From Macrostomum lignano (taxonomy: Eukaryota), in contig NIVC01000296.1 of the NCBI GenBank assembly GCA_002269645.1, positions 639,015 through 703,014 of the forward strand: 64,000 nt of DNA, read 5' to 3'. The notes beneath the pieces were generated by a model. The model saw only the letters and a list, made by a program, of their open reading frames with translations, was not told the origin of the DNA and did no database searches. Positions 34,301 through 48,290 of the stretch are shown in pieces. The translations under genes were made by a program, and so were the position numbers. Every line of letters begins with the position of its first letter. The stretch's first letter is position 1.

Positions 34301-36163
34301 GCAATCCGGAGAGCGACTATCCGGCAAAGAATTTCCAGAGTTCGCTCATCAGCAAAACGAGATGACCATCGAAGCCGGCTGCTTACTCTGGGGGACTCGC
34401 GTTATAATCCCGGAGGCCCTGCGCAAGGCCGTTCTACAGGAACTCCATTTGGCTCACACCGGTGCCAGTCGCATGAAAGCCCTGACACGCAGTTTTGTTT
34501 GGTGGCCAGGGCTGGACAAGGACTTGGAGCAGTTGGCTAGAACATGCGAAACCTGCAAGGCTCACCAGTCTGATCCAGCCAAAGCTCCGGTGCATCCTTG
34601 GATATTTCCCAGCGAACCTTGGAGAAGAATTCACTTGGACTTTGCTGGTCCTGTTAATGGGCGAGTCTACCTGGTCATCATGGACGCTCACAGCAAATGG
34701 CCCGAGGTTCGTCTAGTCAAAGATACTTCAGCAGACAGCACCATCGCACATCTCTGTGAAATCTTCAGCCGTCTGGGCCTACCAAGAATTATTGTCTCCG
34801 ACAACGGGCCTCAGTTCATTTCCAGGGAATTCGCAAGCTACACGCAGCAACGGCATTCGGCATGTCACGTCAGCGCCTTACCATCCTGCTACGAACGGTC
34901 AAGCTGAAAGATTTGTACAAACACTGAAGCTGCACATCAGGAAATCCGGTCACTCCGCCACTGCTTTGCAACGCTTTCTCTTCGCCTACAGGGTAACGCC
35001 GCATTCGACTACAGGCACCTCTCCCAGCGAACTGCTTCTGGGACGTCGGCTGCGCTCCAGACTGGACCTTCTGCGGCCATCTCTAGTAGACCAAGTGCGC
35101 GATCGGCAAGAGGCTGCCGCTGAGTCCCAGCGCTGCACCCGCTTCTTCGGGATCGGCGACAATGTTCGAGTGAAAGGATTCGGCAAGGAATCCGGCTGGC
35201 TGCCTGGAGTGGTCGTCGCGGCGTCGCAACGGAACTACGATGTTCGAGTTGGCACCAGCATCGTCCGGCGGCACGTTGACTAGATGCTGCCTGATTCGGC
35301 GCAGCCTCCGCCATCCGCCGCTGACTCTCAGCACCTCGGCACCAGCATCTCGACTCCATCGTCGGCGCCTCCGGCTCTAGATGTTCTGAGCCCCGCGGCT
35401 GTCTCCGAGTCCGCTATCCAGCCACCATCGGAGGAAAGAGCCGCGGTCCCCGCAGGCCCGGCAGACAAGGCGGCAGCCGCGGACGCGGACGTACCTGACC
35501 AGTTGCCAGAGGGTGCGACCCGCCGATACCCGCCTCGAATTCGGTCATGTCCAGAGCGACTTCAAGTGAGGGTGTGATAGTGACTGTGCGGGAGCTGACT
35601 ATGATCTTGAACTGACTTTTCGCAAATTCTCCTGTCCTCATGCAACCCATTATTACGTATGTTTCTCCAATACAAATTATTGATTCACTACTAATTCTAG
35701 TTTTCGACAATGCAATATTTCGCTATTTTGTTCGACACAATTTTATTTCCTTACTTTTCATCTGCTCTGCAATTGTGTTTGCTAATTCGATTGTTTTCCA
35801 ATACTACAATACTACATGTACGCTATCGTCGATTCGCTTTTCGTAAAAATTCATCTCATTGATCCCACTTCCCCTTGGGGAGGGAAGTGTGAATTGGCTA
35901 TCTTATACCGATTTGAACTGTACTGCTTTGTGCGTTTGGCTGCTCAATTTTAGCTTACCATTTTAGACTCCCCTCCTACATTGAAATGATCGATTTCTAT
36001 TTATACGTACAGTACTTCTTCGCAATGTACATCGTTCGTCCTAACTACATGTACTCAGTTCTATTATACAATATAAAGGACCAACGCGTCAGTTTAGAAA
36101 CGCTGTCTACAACTTGCGGCTCAAGCCAATTCAATCGCTTCGTCTCAATCTCAATTCATCACA
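31326..36163 (+). mobile_element. Ty3/Gypsy LTR retrotransposon, full length but mutated
   Basis: 276-bp TG...CA LTRs at 31326-31601 and 35888-36163 with 3 differences seen. TSD CTTTT. PBS tggcgacgagg overlaps the gag ATG. PPT ggggagggaag. Confidence 0.95.
31602..35577 (+). pseudogene. Gypsy gag-pol (CCHC, protease, RT, RNase H, integrase) with TAG at 32772-32774, a frameshift near 34848 and TAG at 35281-35283
   Basis: CHACGKVGHIKKVC, FELDTGSAVS, VYQDDIL, LECDASAYGIG, HLAHTG..CETC, RIHLDFAGP, VSDNGPQF and YHPATNGQAERFVQT. Confidence 0.92.
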
Positions 36164-36171
36164 CTTTTACT

Positions 36172-39100
36172 TTTACTCGATGGGGGACATCTGTATAGAA
36201 TCTCTGTTCTCTACAAGTAACAAAAAGACAGCCAAATAAAGCCTTCACAAAGACAACAGACAAACTGCTCAAATAAAGTGTAATGCAAAAAGAAATCATG
36301 CCAAGACAGCAAGCATCCCCCAGATAGCAAGCATCCCCCAGATTGCAAGCATCCCCCAGATAGCAAGCATCCCCCAGATAGCAAGCATCCCCCAGATTGC
36401 AAGCATCCCTCAGATAGCAAGCATCCCCCAAATAGCAAGCATCCCCCAGATAGCAAGCATCCCCAAATAGCAAGCATCCACCAGACAATAAGTAGCTAGT
36501 GCAACAATTTCCTTAGCTCTATAGTGGCTCCTTTAAAATTGGCATGACGCTTACTTTTACGTTTGAAATTGTGTATCTTTTATGTTTGACATGGTGGCTC
36601 TTTTATGTTTGACATGGTGGCTCTTTTATGTTTGACCTGGTGGCACCTCAATGTAATGATGGCTCTTTAATGTTTGACCTGGTGGCACCTCAATGTAATG
36701 ATGGCTCTTTAATGTTTGAAATGGTGGCTCTTTAATGTTCGACATGGTGGCTCTATAATCTTCGACATGGTGGCTTTTTAATGTTCGACATGGTGGCTCT
36801 TTAATGTTCGACATGGTGGCTCTATAATCTTCGACATGGTGGCTCTTTAATGTTAGACATGGTGGCTCTTTAATGTTCGACATGGTGGTCCTTTTATGCT
36901 TGACATTGTGGCTCTTTAATGTTTGACATGTTGGTTCTTTTATGTTTGACATGGTGGCTCTTTAATGTTTGGCATGGTGGCTCTTTGATGTTTGACATGG
37001 TGGCTCTTTAATGTTAGACATGGTGGCTCTTTAATTTTTAACGTTTGTTAAACGTTTTTGACGTTTGTAACGCAAGAATTTTTTGTATTTTTCGCGAATA
37101 AACTTGAAAAGTACAAAGTGAAACTTATGAACATGGCATTAAAAGTACAACCGATATGTCTCGTATACATAGCGTGTGCAATGGCTGCATGTGACCAGAT
37201 GAGTTCCTTTATTACTCTACGTTAGTCTATAGTCGCAGCCCTCGGATTCGCTCATTCCTGCCCTCAAATCCATAGTCAGAACAATCAGTTCGGCTCTATT
37301 TCCTTAGCCTTTGCGCTTTGCCAGACTATTCAAATTTGTTTCGCCAAAGATTAAGAAATGAAGTAAGACAAAAGCTTCATTCAGGGCCTTCGCCTTAGTT
37401 AAAATTGACATCTTGTGAGTTTCGTATATTATTCAACTTTCAATATATGGAAGACGAAGGCCCCGTCGCAAGTTGATGCAAATCGTTTTTTATGAGCTTA
37501 CAGTCCACGTTACAGGTGACTTGAGATATTTTTGATTTTTGAAAAAAGACTGTCACTCGTAGTTTGCCTAAAAATCCATATACTAAAATTCACTCTAGCT
37601 AATGTTAAGTTTTTGCGAACCTTGGAAAACTAAAAACGAAATTGTTTCGTCTTTTGCATAAATTTGCGATATAAAATAAGTAAAGTTTTTACACGAATTA
37701 TAATGAAATTTCAGGTGAAAAATAAAAGACAAAATTAACTGCTCATCAAAGATTGAATTCATTAAAAGCAGTGCAAAAGAAGGTTTGTTTCAAAAGTTAC
37801 TTTCGGCTAATATGAAATTGCCTTAAAATACAAATTAACTGTAAAGTGCAAATTGACTGTAAAAATTAATACAATGAATAAAATAAGCCTAATTGAGCTT
37901 CAACATAAAGTTCATCAGCTATTAGCTCGTACTCACTGCCATGCAATATCTACGCTTCGTTAGAAATGAGGCTGGGGCAATAAGTTTCCTGCGATTCTTT
38001 TAGGAATGAGAGCTATTGACAGCTATTGCTTTAGAGAATGTGAGCTATTACTTAAAAGATATGGGGAAATAATTATTCTATTTTTCCTAAAAAATAAATG
38101 AATATACTTTCTAGCCTTTTGCAATAATAAGGAAAATTATTGCTCACCCCTCATTTTTTACGATAAATAAATTAGTCTTCAGTGAGAACTTCTGGAAACA
38201 CAACGTTTCTGGTCCTTGTTCCCGGAATCCGGACGCGAACATTTGCCGCGTTCTTTGCTCGTGACAGCGCCGTGTACAGCTGGCCATGCGTGAAGCAACC
38301 GACTGACAGGTCAATGCCAACTGTGTCCAGAGACTGTCCCTGCGACTTGTGAATCGTCAGGCAGAAACTCGGCTTCACAGGGAACTGCAGCCGCTTAAAA
38401 CTGACGGGGAGGTCCGCATTGCTAGGAATCAGCGGTATTCGCGGCAGAAGAATCTCGTCTCCCGTGAACTGGCCGGCGGCAATCTTGCATCTAAGCACGT
38501 TCTCGCCCATTGCGAGTATGATCAGCCGCGTACCATTGCACAATCGTGGCGGGTTGATGTTTCTGAGAAGAACTACTGGCATACCCACTTTTAGCCTCAG
38601 CAAGTGAATCGGAAAGTTCGGGGCATCCAGCTGGTTGAGCAACTCAGGCGGGAAGTGCATAGCGGCATCCTCATGGGCCACACTGTCTATTGAGCGGTAC
38701 TCCCGCAGGCTGCCGGGGAACATGCCCAGGCACGTCTCGTTGATGGCATCCACTGAGTCATTGTACGGCGCCAGGATCGCTCGGCTTGCAAAGTAGCCGT
38801 CCCTCTCCACTGACGCCTCAAACGATGGGTACACAAAATTTATCAGATCATTGAGCGGCGCCTCCGCAGAAATGATGATCTCAGCAGGAAGAGACACTTT
38901 CTCCTCTGCATCCTGCTCAATTGTTCCGGATCCGATCTGGGGGAGTTAAAAGTCAAATATTTAAAACGCTAGACAGACTTTAAGCTAGGCATTCTTGAAT
39001 AAGCCACAATTTTTAAAATGGAGCTCTCAACACGAAAGAAACCGAATATCCTTAAATCTTCCAATATTTAAACTGATGAAAACAAACTTACCTGCTTGAG

Positions 39101-42100
39101 TAGCTCGTTGTATCTCAAATACGTTGCAGAATCGGAACTGCTCAGCAATCGGATGTTTCTTGTAAGGCGATGCCGCCGGAAAAATTTCCACAGTGGGGAT
39201 CTGCTGACACACGCCATGACGCTGTTGGCTCGAGTCCTATGCACCACAACGGGCAGCAGCTGGCGAAAGTCCCCAGCGCAAACGAAAACCACTCCGCCGA
39301 ATGGCACGTCCTGCTTCCGCACGTCTCGCAAGCACCGGTCGACGGCCTCCAAATCCTTCCGGTTTGTCATAGAAATCTCGTCCCAGACAATTAGACGCAC
39401 TGTCCGAAATACAGCGGCCTGTTTGGACTGCGCTCCAACAGCGCACACGTCTTTGCTCGAACGGATCGCCCGAATTGGTATCTTGAACCTGGCATAGACA
39501 AATAGTTTCACCATGCCGAACATATTTACAGCACACGAAATATTTACAACTGCTTTTTGAAATATTGACAATAAATTACTCACGTTGAATGCGCCGTCTG
39601 TCCACCTGGCAAAAGAGTCGCTGCGATTCCAGAAGCCGCAACGGCGAGGGCGACTTCACCCCGGCTGCGCACGAAGGCTAGCAGAACCTCTAGCAGGAAG
39701 GTCTTGCCAGTGCCAGCAGGTGCGTCCAGGAAGTGCAAGCCGCTGGTGCCGTCCACAAGATTCTGAGTCACGGACTCGTACACCGCTTTCTGCTCATCTG
39801 TCAGCATTGGTAAGCGCGCCTCAGTAATCAGTGCTTGCTCAACCGTATCAAACTGCATTGGTCCATCTTGAGGTGTCACGGAGGCCGCAGGCAGGCCGTA
39901 CTCTGGCAGGCTTCTCCCGCCCATGGAGATCAGCATGCTCTGAAGCTCACGCAGCGCCAGGTCAGTAATCTCCTCGGTGCTCAAGTCTCGGTGGTGAAAC
40001 CGCAGGTCCTCGCTGAGATCCTCGGCAAAACTGCACCAGAGGTCGCTGCCATCCTCAGGCTCACCCCATATGAGAATTACGGCCAGAAGATGTCTCAGGG
40101 CTCTTGGCATTCTTGACTGAACGGCCTCAGCTAGACACCGCCGCCAGTGATCATCTCGCTGCAGCAGGCCAAGGGCCATGCAAGCAGCCTTGGCGCTCGG
40201 ATGCACAACGCCGTCCACGGTCTGCAGCGCCTCGAAGCTAGTCGGTCCCCTAACATTCAAAAGGAGCATTCGAACATAAAATAAATCACCTGCTCTTGGA
40301 CTCACCGTGTACATGCGTGCAACGTTTTTGTTCCGCACTACACCCGGATGGCCATCGACTCGCACACCCTGCTTGGCCCGCCGCCACTCTCTTTCGCTGG
40401 AGTGCCACACAAAGTAGGACGGCACCTCCGTGTAGAGCAAGGACCCAGCAAATTCGTCAGTACGGCACAGCTTGAAAAATGCCGTCAACGTCGAATCCTT
40501 CGGCGTTCTCGCTTTTGCTCTTGCGGTCCCCTCGTTGAAATACACGAGCTGCTCTTCCGACTTGTGAACGCAGAGTCGGATGACCGCCGGAAACCTGTTG
40601 TGCACCTGATCAGAAAGGGAAAGGAAAATATACAGCCTTTAAGTTTCGATGGAAATTCAATTTATACTATGACGAGGTTTCACAGCTCTGGTTAAAATGA
40701 GCCAATAATAATTAGAACGCGAATTACTTCAAAGCCCAAGATGGTATTCACGGCTTCCATTGGACCAATGTAGCGCGCGGACAGGTACTCCTTAATCTCA
40801 TCACGCGGCTCATTTCGTGTCGTTTGCGTCGACCGCTGGTTACCCACTGCCTGCTCTCTCGGTTCAGTAGAATTCCTATTGGCATCGACTTTGAACGTCG
40901 CCATGTCGCCACCCTTTAGCAGGTACTTGATCACGTACTTGACCGACTTCACAGTGGCGCAAACTTCGACGTTCAAGTGGCACGCAAACTGGAGCAACAG
41001 GTCAGGGCTGTACGGAACGACCCACCTGTTTTAATGAAAAAATAATATCATTAACTTTCAGAAACAAAAGCTGCAATGCACAACTAAGCAATATATTAGC
41101 GTTTGAACTTCCCTGTTGTCCATGCGAATGCTCCGGCCTTTGAACAGTTTGTCCACTGTAAATCCGCCCATCTCAGGCGATAGTCTGCGGTACAGTGGGT
41201 AGCCAGTATCGCTGGTCAGCGTCACCTGCTGGAACTCTTTCGGAAAGCCCTTGCTGCATTCGCCATTCTCCATGCAAGGACACGCCGGATTCTCCTTGCC
41301 GCAGGGGCCATGGATCATGTGCGTCTTCACCAGCTCATACAGCACAGGCTGCTGCTCTGGGTCCGGAATCTCGGCAGACACGATGTCATCGTATCGGTCC
41401 GGAGTCACTCGCTGACCGCTCACGAGCCACAGTAGAAAGTGCACATGGGGAAGACCTGGAGCGTCAAAAAAAGTATTAAAAAATATCACAAAACCTTTGT
41501 AAATCTAAATTTTAATAAATCTTAAAACTTTGATTCTTGCAAGTCAGAATTTTTACTCACCACGCTTCTGGTACTCCAGTGAGCAAACGTTAGCGGCCTC
41601 TTTCCCATAGCGCTTGGTCAACTGGGCCAGAAGAGCTTTCCTCTTCATTTCAAAGACTCGGCTAACAATGTCCGGCCGGTCTTCTGCCCGCTGTCCAGGC
41701 AGCAGCTGAGCGCTGATCTCCGGCCATTTCGGATTGCACGTTGCGGTGACAAACAGGTCCGGCTTACCGAACTTGTGAACATAGGTCATAGCGTCCTGTA
41801 GCCTCTCCATCAGGTACCTTGGCCCGCCAACGAAGCTCGAAGACAGAAGCACATGCGCGGGCTTGCCTATGTCACTCGGATCTCTGTCGGTAGACCTGCC
41901 ATCAGCTGCAAACAGAGCGTCCCGCAGACCGCTGTATGTCTCGCTGCGCAGGTCCTGCTGATGGGTCCGCAAATACAGCAGCCTCTCTGCCTCAATCTTG
42001 GCACACATGTCCACCAAGTACTGCTGAAATAATCTTCGGCCATAGTGCAGCACACTGAACTGGCCCGCTCGCACCATGATTTCGCTCGCATAGTATTTCA

Positions 42101-45100
42101 TGGGCGTCAATTTCTTGCCATTACTCATCAGCAACTCCGGGTGCCAGCCATCTTCGCCATTCGGGAACAGCAGCACATACTCCAGCGGGTCATATGAGCG
42201 GTGCGTCTCGCTGATTCTCTGGGAACCGCCACCACGCAGTTGAATCACGACGTCCCGACTGGCCGGTGTGTTCTCATTGTCCTCCACAATCAGGATACCG
42301 ACCTCGTTCGCCGTAGGCAAGTTGTAGCGCCTGATTTTGAACGGAGTTTGTGGGATACAGAGTCTGTACAAATTGGATAATTGGATAATTTATTACGCAA
42401 AATATCTTATTAGAATGTCTTGCAGACATACCGAATGTGTTCCCCAGATGGTCGACGGTCAGGGTGAATTACGATTCGCGCATCTCCCAACTCCGGATCT
42501 TGACTGATTCGATGAGCGACTGCCCTCAGGCTGCGGACATAGCCGTTGCACTCGTGAAGCAGCGTCTGCAAAAGCTCCAGTAGCTCCGGCTTCACCTTCT
42601 GGCTGAGACTCTGGCGGCTTTCAAGTTCGCGATCATTGAAATACACCTGCCAGCCATGGGGCTCAGCTGAATCCTCTGCAAACAGCGGCGCCGTGTTGTG
42701 ATGCAACTGGCCGCTGATGATGAAGCTGGGACACCAGCCTGGCACCAACCGCAGTTTGGCACCCAGCGATGTCAGGTGCAGCGCCGAGTTGTAACTCCGA
42801 ATGGTGGTAAGGAACTCGGCACTCATTCTGTGCCGCCCCAGGTACAGATCTGCCAGCACTTGAGGCACGGTGCGGCTGGGCAGCTGCACCTTGCCTTTGG
42901 CGCAGCAGAAATTCCTCGTCTCAGAGCACCAAAGTAATGCACCGCATTGGTCGCATGCTCTGTCCATTGGGCCACAGTTATGGGCTGGCGCTTCAGGCCT
43001 GATAATCCGTTCTGGCCTGTGATTGGAAGGATTAGGATTAGGAAGGATTAATGGCAAACAGTTTTCCCAGTTAATCTTTCAGCTTACAAAAAAATTTATT
43101 GGAATAAAACAACTTGAGTTCGATGACAAATAAATTATGATGACCAGTCACACCAATGACCTACCTCTCTTGAGCAGGTCTTGCGCCACAATGACCTGCA
43201 CTCTGCTGAGTTAGTCTTGGCTCCTCTGCATCTACAATGGGCTCAGAAACTGGAATCGGATTAGCAAATCGCAATGACTCATAATGCTCATGACGCAAAA
43301 GAATTCGGACGATTGCAATCGGTGGCTGCAAAGGGGACATACAGTACTGCAATACAGTGCCGTTTTCTTGATAAATCACCAGATCAACATTAAAACAACG
43401 GCTTAAAAGCGGAACAACTTCATCAGGCACATATGTGCCTTCAGAAAAAGAGGAATCAACAATGAAATCAGCATTTTCTGGCAAAACAAAGCCTTGTTCA
43501 ATCAATTCTGGCATAATCTGCACTACACGGCTCGTCAGCTCGTGTCTTAAAGATGCCGCATCGGTCTCAAATGGAGTGCCCTGCAACTGGTCACAGACTG
43601 CATAAAAAAAACAGTTCCCATCACCAGGAATGCGAATTATGCGCAACGCATCAAAAGGTACCACAGACGGTGTGGCCAACTCACTACTATCAAACCTGGA
43701 ATATAGGAAAAAAATTATACACAACTTCATTTGCCGGTAATTAAAGTAGTGACGAATAAATTTTATGCTATTCTATACTGATCTCTTAAATAAAACTCTT
43801 GGAAAGCAATCGACTTGAAAAGATGAGAAAAAATGCACGAAACAGATTCCAGTTTTTAATTATATGCCCAAGTACCAATAAAACATCAGCTAAGATAGAA
43901 AATACCCCGAATTAGGCACAATGGGCACTTGGATTTTATATAGCTATAAAATATATAGCTCCAATTAAAATGTCATCCTACCTGCCAGCCGACACTCCTC
44001 GACGGCGAATTTGCTCGGCTTCCACTCGAGCTCTTCGTTGCTCTTCGGTTTCTGAAGCGCGTCGCTTCTCCGCACGAGTTCTGTCTCCACATTTACGCTC
44101 TTCTCGCTGAGCGTCGGTTTCAGTTGCCCTTCGCTCAGCCTCCTGCTGCCGGTGTCCAGCCAGCCGCTCTTCTCGCTGCGCGTCAGTCTCCATGGCCGTT
44201 CGCTCATTCTTCTGCTGCCGCAGTCCAGCCAGCCGCTCCTCTCGCTTAACGGCACTCTGTTGCTGACGCTTCTTCTTGGCATCTCTGCTCTTCTTCAATG
44301 CGCTGGTGCCACGTCGAGCCATATTGGAATTCAAATTGAAAGATAAGAATTTTGAGTTATAATGAAAAGAAAGGATAGTAGGGGTTGTGTGCGAGAAAAG
44401 AGAAAGGTATGAAGTCTATAATGTCACGCGTTTTAAACTCAGCAACCACCCAATCCCAAAAAGCTGGACACCATTTGTACACTGTTAGACTGTCAGTGTG
44501 TACAGCAAGCCTAAATTCACTCCAATACCCGCCTGCTAATTGGTCAGGACTTTTTTATTATTCAATACTCTATCTCAAACACCTAACTCTAACTCTCCTA
44601 TGTGAAAGGATTCAGATAAATTTTCTGAACTGGAGGCGCAAGCCTCAGTAGCCAATGTACATCTATCTCTGTGGCACTTTTGGACTTTTTTATAATCAGA
44701 CGGTTTTATTACATTTTGGAGGGTCAGTCTCAACATGGTTCGTATATTGTGAATCAATTAGATACTGTATATATGTGCATGTATTTCACTCTCTCACTAT
44801 CCCTCTCTCCAGCATTTAAAGTTAGTATGTCAATTGTGCACGGGGACATTTTATAATGTACAATCTTTTCTCGCAGTCTACATTTATAGTTCTCTAGCCT
44901 GGCGACAAAAAATACTACTTTACTGGGCGCTGCAAAGTTCAATTCCAATAAGAATGGCTCACAGTAGGAAGTTCTGCTTGACCCTTGCAGAAAGTGTTTT
45001 CAACACTGTGACGCAATTCAAGGCGGAGATACAATTCAGCTGTTATGCAATCTTTATCACAATCAGAATTCAGTCAGTCAGTTTTTTCTCTAGCATTTTT

Positions 45101-45319
45101 ACAATGCATTTCAGGTCGAAAGAGCTGCTTGACCTTTGCAAAAAAGCATGTTTTTCGAATATTTAATACCTTTAACATTGAGCAATTTCTTAGCCAAGAT
45201 GCATGTACCGTCCCAGGAAAATTTCTGATCGAATGGTGCAAGTTTGAAGAAAATCGATTGAGCCAATTTTTCTGAAATCTATCGCATACCCACAGACAAC
45301 TCATTTTTAGTATATAGGA
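36172..45319 (-). mobile_element. Helitron C: autonomous-type, 5' TC at 45319, 3' end truncated inside the terminal hairpin
   Basis: Carries a RepHel gene. Its 5' 270 bp match 48590-48867 and its 3' 860 bp match 45338 onward (18-bp and 21-bp satellites). It lacks the last 18 nt, including CTAG. Confidence 0.85.
38172..44322 (-). CDS. Helitron Rep-helicase with N-terminal STPR-like repeats and an OTU protease domain. Exons 44322-43982, 43695-43165, 43016-42432, 42330-41561, 41455-41113, 41025-40728, 40605-39584, 39488-39092 and 38936-38172.
   Basis: ETDAQREERL repeats. OTU PGDGNCFF...HEHYES. Zn-finger CDQCGALLW..CCAKG. HUH motifs PDLFVTATCNP, EYQKRGLPHVH and YVIKYLLKG. PIF1 helicase DAPAGTGKT, VWDEISM, GDFRQLLPV and TIHKSQGQS. 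Exon phases are consistent, but one donor reads GGAAGT instead of GTAAGT (41112-41107). Confidence 0.88.
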
Positions 45320-45459
45320 CTAGCAATCTTCGCCCCCCGATGGGGGACATCTGGATAGAATCTCTGTTCTCTACAAGTAACAAAAAAACAGCCAAAAATC
45401 CTTCAAAAAGACAACAGACAAACTGCTCAAATGAAGTGCATTGCAAAAAGAAATCATCC

Positions 45460-45780
45460 CAAGACCGCAAGCATCCCCCAGATAGCAAGCGTCCCCCAGA
45501 TAGCAAGCATCCCCCAGATAGCAAGCATCCCCGGATAGCAAGCATCCCCCAGATAGCAAGCATCCCCCAGATAGCAAGCATCCCCCAGATAGCAAGCATC
45601 CCTCAGATAGCAAGCATCCCCAAGATAGCAAGCATCCCCCAGATTGCAAGCATCCCCCAGATAGCAAGCATCCCCCGGATAGCAAGCATCCCCAGATAGC
45701 AAGCGTCCCCCAGATAGAAGCATCCCCAAGATAGCAAGCATCCCCAAGATAGATAGCATCCCCAAATAGTAAGCATCCAC
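45460..45780. repeat. 18-bp satellite (agatagcaagcatccccc) inside Helitron B; shorter copy at 36305-36485
   Basis: Directly visible. Confidence 0.9.
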
Positions 45781-45869
45781 CAGACAATAAGTAGCTAGTG
45801 CGACAATTTCCTTAGCATTATAGCGGCTCCTTTAAAATTCGCTTACTTTTACGTTTGAAATTGTGTATC

Positions 45870-48290
45870 TTTTATGTTTAACAGGGTGGCTCTTTTATGT
45901 TATACATTGTGGCTCTTTTTTGTTCTACGCTCGTACATGGTAACTCTTTTATGTTTGATACGGTGGCTTTTCAATGTCTGACATGGTGGCTCTTCTATGT
46001 TTGACATGGGGGCTCTTCTATGTTTGACATGGGGGCTCTTCTATGTTTGACAAAGTGGCTTTTTAATGTTTGACATGGTGGCTCTATTATGTTTGACATG
46101 GTGGCTCTATTATGTTTGACATGGTGGCTCTATTATGTTTGACATGGTGGCTCTTAAATGTTCAAAAAGGTGGCTCTTTACTTTTTGACATGGTGGCTCT
46201 TTAATGTTGGACATGGTGGCTTTTTAATGTTAGACATGGTGGCTCTTTAATGTTTGACATGGTAGCTCTTTTATGTTCGACATGGTGGCTCTTTTATGTT
46301 CGGCATGGTGTCGCTTCAATGTTTGACATGGAGTTACGTATATGTTTTACATGGTGGCTCGTTAATGTTTTACATGGTGGAACTTTCATGTTTGACCTGG
46401 TGGCTCTTTAATATTGAACATGGTGGCTCTTTTATGTTTGACATGGTGGCTCTTTTATCTTTGACATGGTGGCTCTGTAATGTTCGACATGGAGTCATGT
46501 ATATGTTTGACATGGTGGCTCTTAAATGTTCGACATGGTGGCTCTTTAATGTTTGACATAGTGTCTCTTTAATGTTTGACATGGAGTCATGTATATGTTT
46601 GACATGGTGGCTCTTTAATGTTAGACATGGTGGCTCTTTTTTGTTTGCATGGTGGCTCTTTTATGTTCGACATGGTGTCTCTTCAATGTTTGACATGGAG
46701 TCATGTATATGTTTGACATGGATGCTCTTGTATTTTTAACATGTTGACTCTTTAATGTTCGAAATGGTAGCTCTTAATTGTCTAACATGGAGTCACGTTA
46801 TATGTTTGACATGGAGTCATGCATATGCCTGATATGGTAGCTCTTTAATGTTTTACATGGAATCACGTATATGTTTCACATGTTGGCTATTTTATGTTTG
46901 ACATGGTGGTTCTTAAATGTTCGACATGGTGGCTCTTTAATGTTTTACATGGTGGCACTTTCATGTTTGACCTGGTGGCTCTTTAATGTTTAACATGGTG
47001 GCTCTTTAATATTTGACATGGTGGCCCTTTTATGTTCGACATGGTGGCTCTTCAATGTTTGACATGGAGTCATGTATATGTTTGACATGGTAGCTCTTGA
47101 ATGTTCAACATGGAGTCATGTATATGTTTGACATGGTAGCTCTTGAATGTTCAACATGGAGTCATGTATATGTTTGACATGGTGGCTCTTTAATGTTTGA
47201 CATAGTGTCTCTTTAATGTTTGACATGGAGTCATGTATATGTTTAACATGGTGGCTCTTCAATGTTTGACATGGAGTCATGTATATGTTTGCCATGGTGG
47301 CTCTTTAATGTTAGACATGGTGGCTCTTTTATGTTTTGCATGGTGGCTCTTTTATGTTCGACATGGTGTCTCTTCAATGTTTGACATGGAGTCATGTATA
47401 TGTTTGACATGGTGGCTCTTGTATTTTTAACATGTTGGCTCTTTAATGTTCGACATGGTGGCTCTTTAATGTCTAACATGGAGTCACGTATATGTTTGAC
47501 ATGGAGTCATGTATATGTCTGAAATGGTAGCTCTTTAATGTTTTACATGGAGTCACGTATATGTTTCACATGGTGGCTATTTTATGTTTGACATGGTGGT
47601 TCTTAAATGTTCGACATGGTGGCTCTTTAATGTGTTAAATGGTGGCACTTTCATGTTTGACCTGGTGGCTCTTTAATGTTTGACATAGTGTCTCTTTAAT
47701 GTTTGACATGGAGTCATGTATATGTTTGACATGGTAGCTCTTGAATGTTCGACATAGAGTCATGTATATTTTTGCCATGGTGGCTCTTTAATGTTAGACA
47801 TGGTGGCACTTTCATGTTTGACCTGGTGGCTCTTTAATGTTTGACATGGTGGCCCTTTAATATTTGACATGGTGGCCCTTTAATGTTCGACATGGTGGCT
47901 CTTCAATGTTCGACATGGAGTCATGTATATGTTTGACCTGGTTGCTCTTTAATGTTTGACATGGTGGCTCTTTAATGTTCGACATGGTGGCTCTTTTAGG
48001 TTTGAAATGGTGGCTCTTTAATGTTTGACATGGTGGCTTTTTAATGTTCGACATGGTGGCTCTTTTATGTTCGACATGGCGTCATGTATATGTTTGACAT
48101 GGTGGCTCTTTAATGTTCGACATGGTGGCTCTTCAATGTTCGACATGGAGTCATGTATATGTTTGACCTGGTTGCTCTTTAATGTTTGACATGGTGGCTC
48201 TTTAATGTTCGACATGGTGGCTCTTTTAGGTTTGAAATGGTGGCTCTTTAATGTTTGACATGGTGGCTCTTTAATGTTTGACATTGTGCT
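45870..48290. repeat. 21/22-bp satellite (tttaatgtttgacatggtggctc) inside Helitron B; shorter copy at 36570-37040
   Basis: On the order of 100 degenerate copies with higher-order patterning. Confidence 0.92.

Noticed and set aside
45870-48290. MSNIKEPPCQTLKSHHV-type ORFs
   Set aside because: Satellite translations inside a non-autonomous Helitron.
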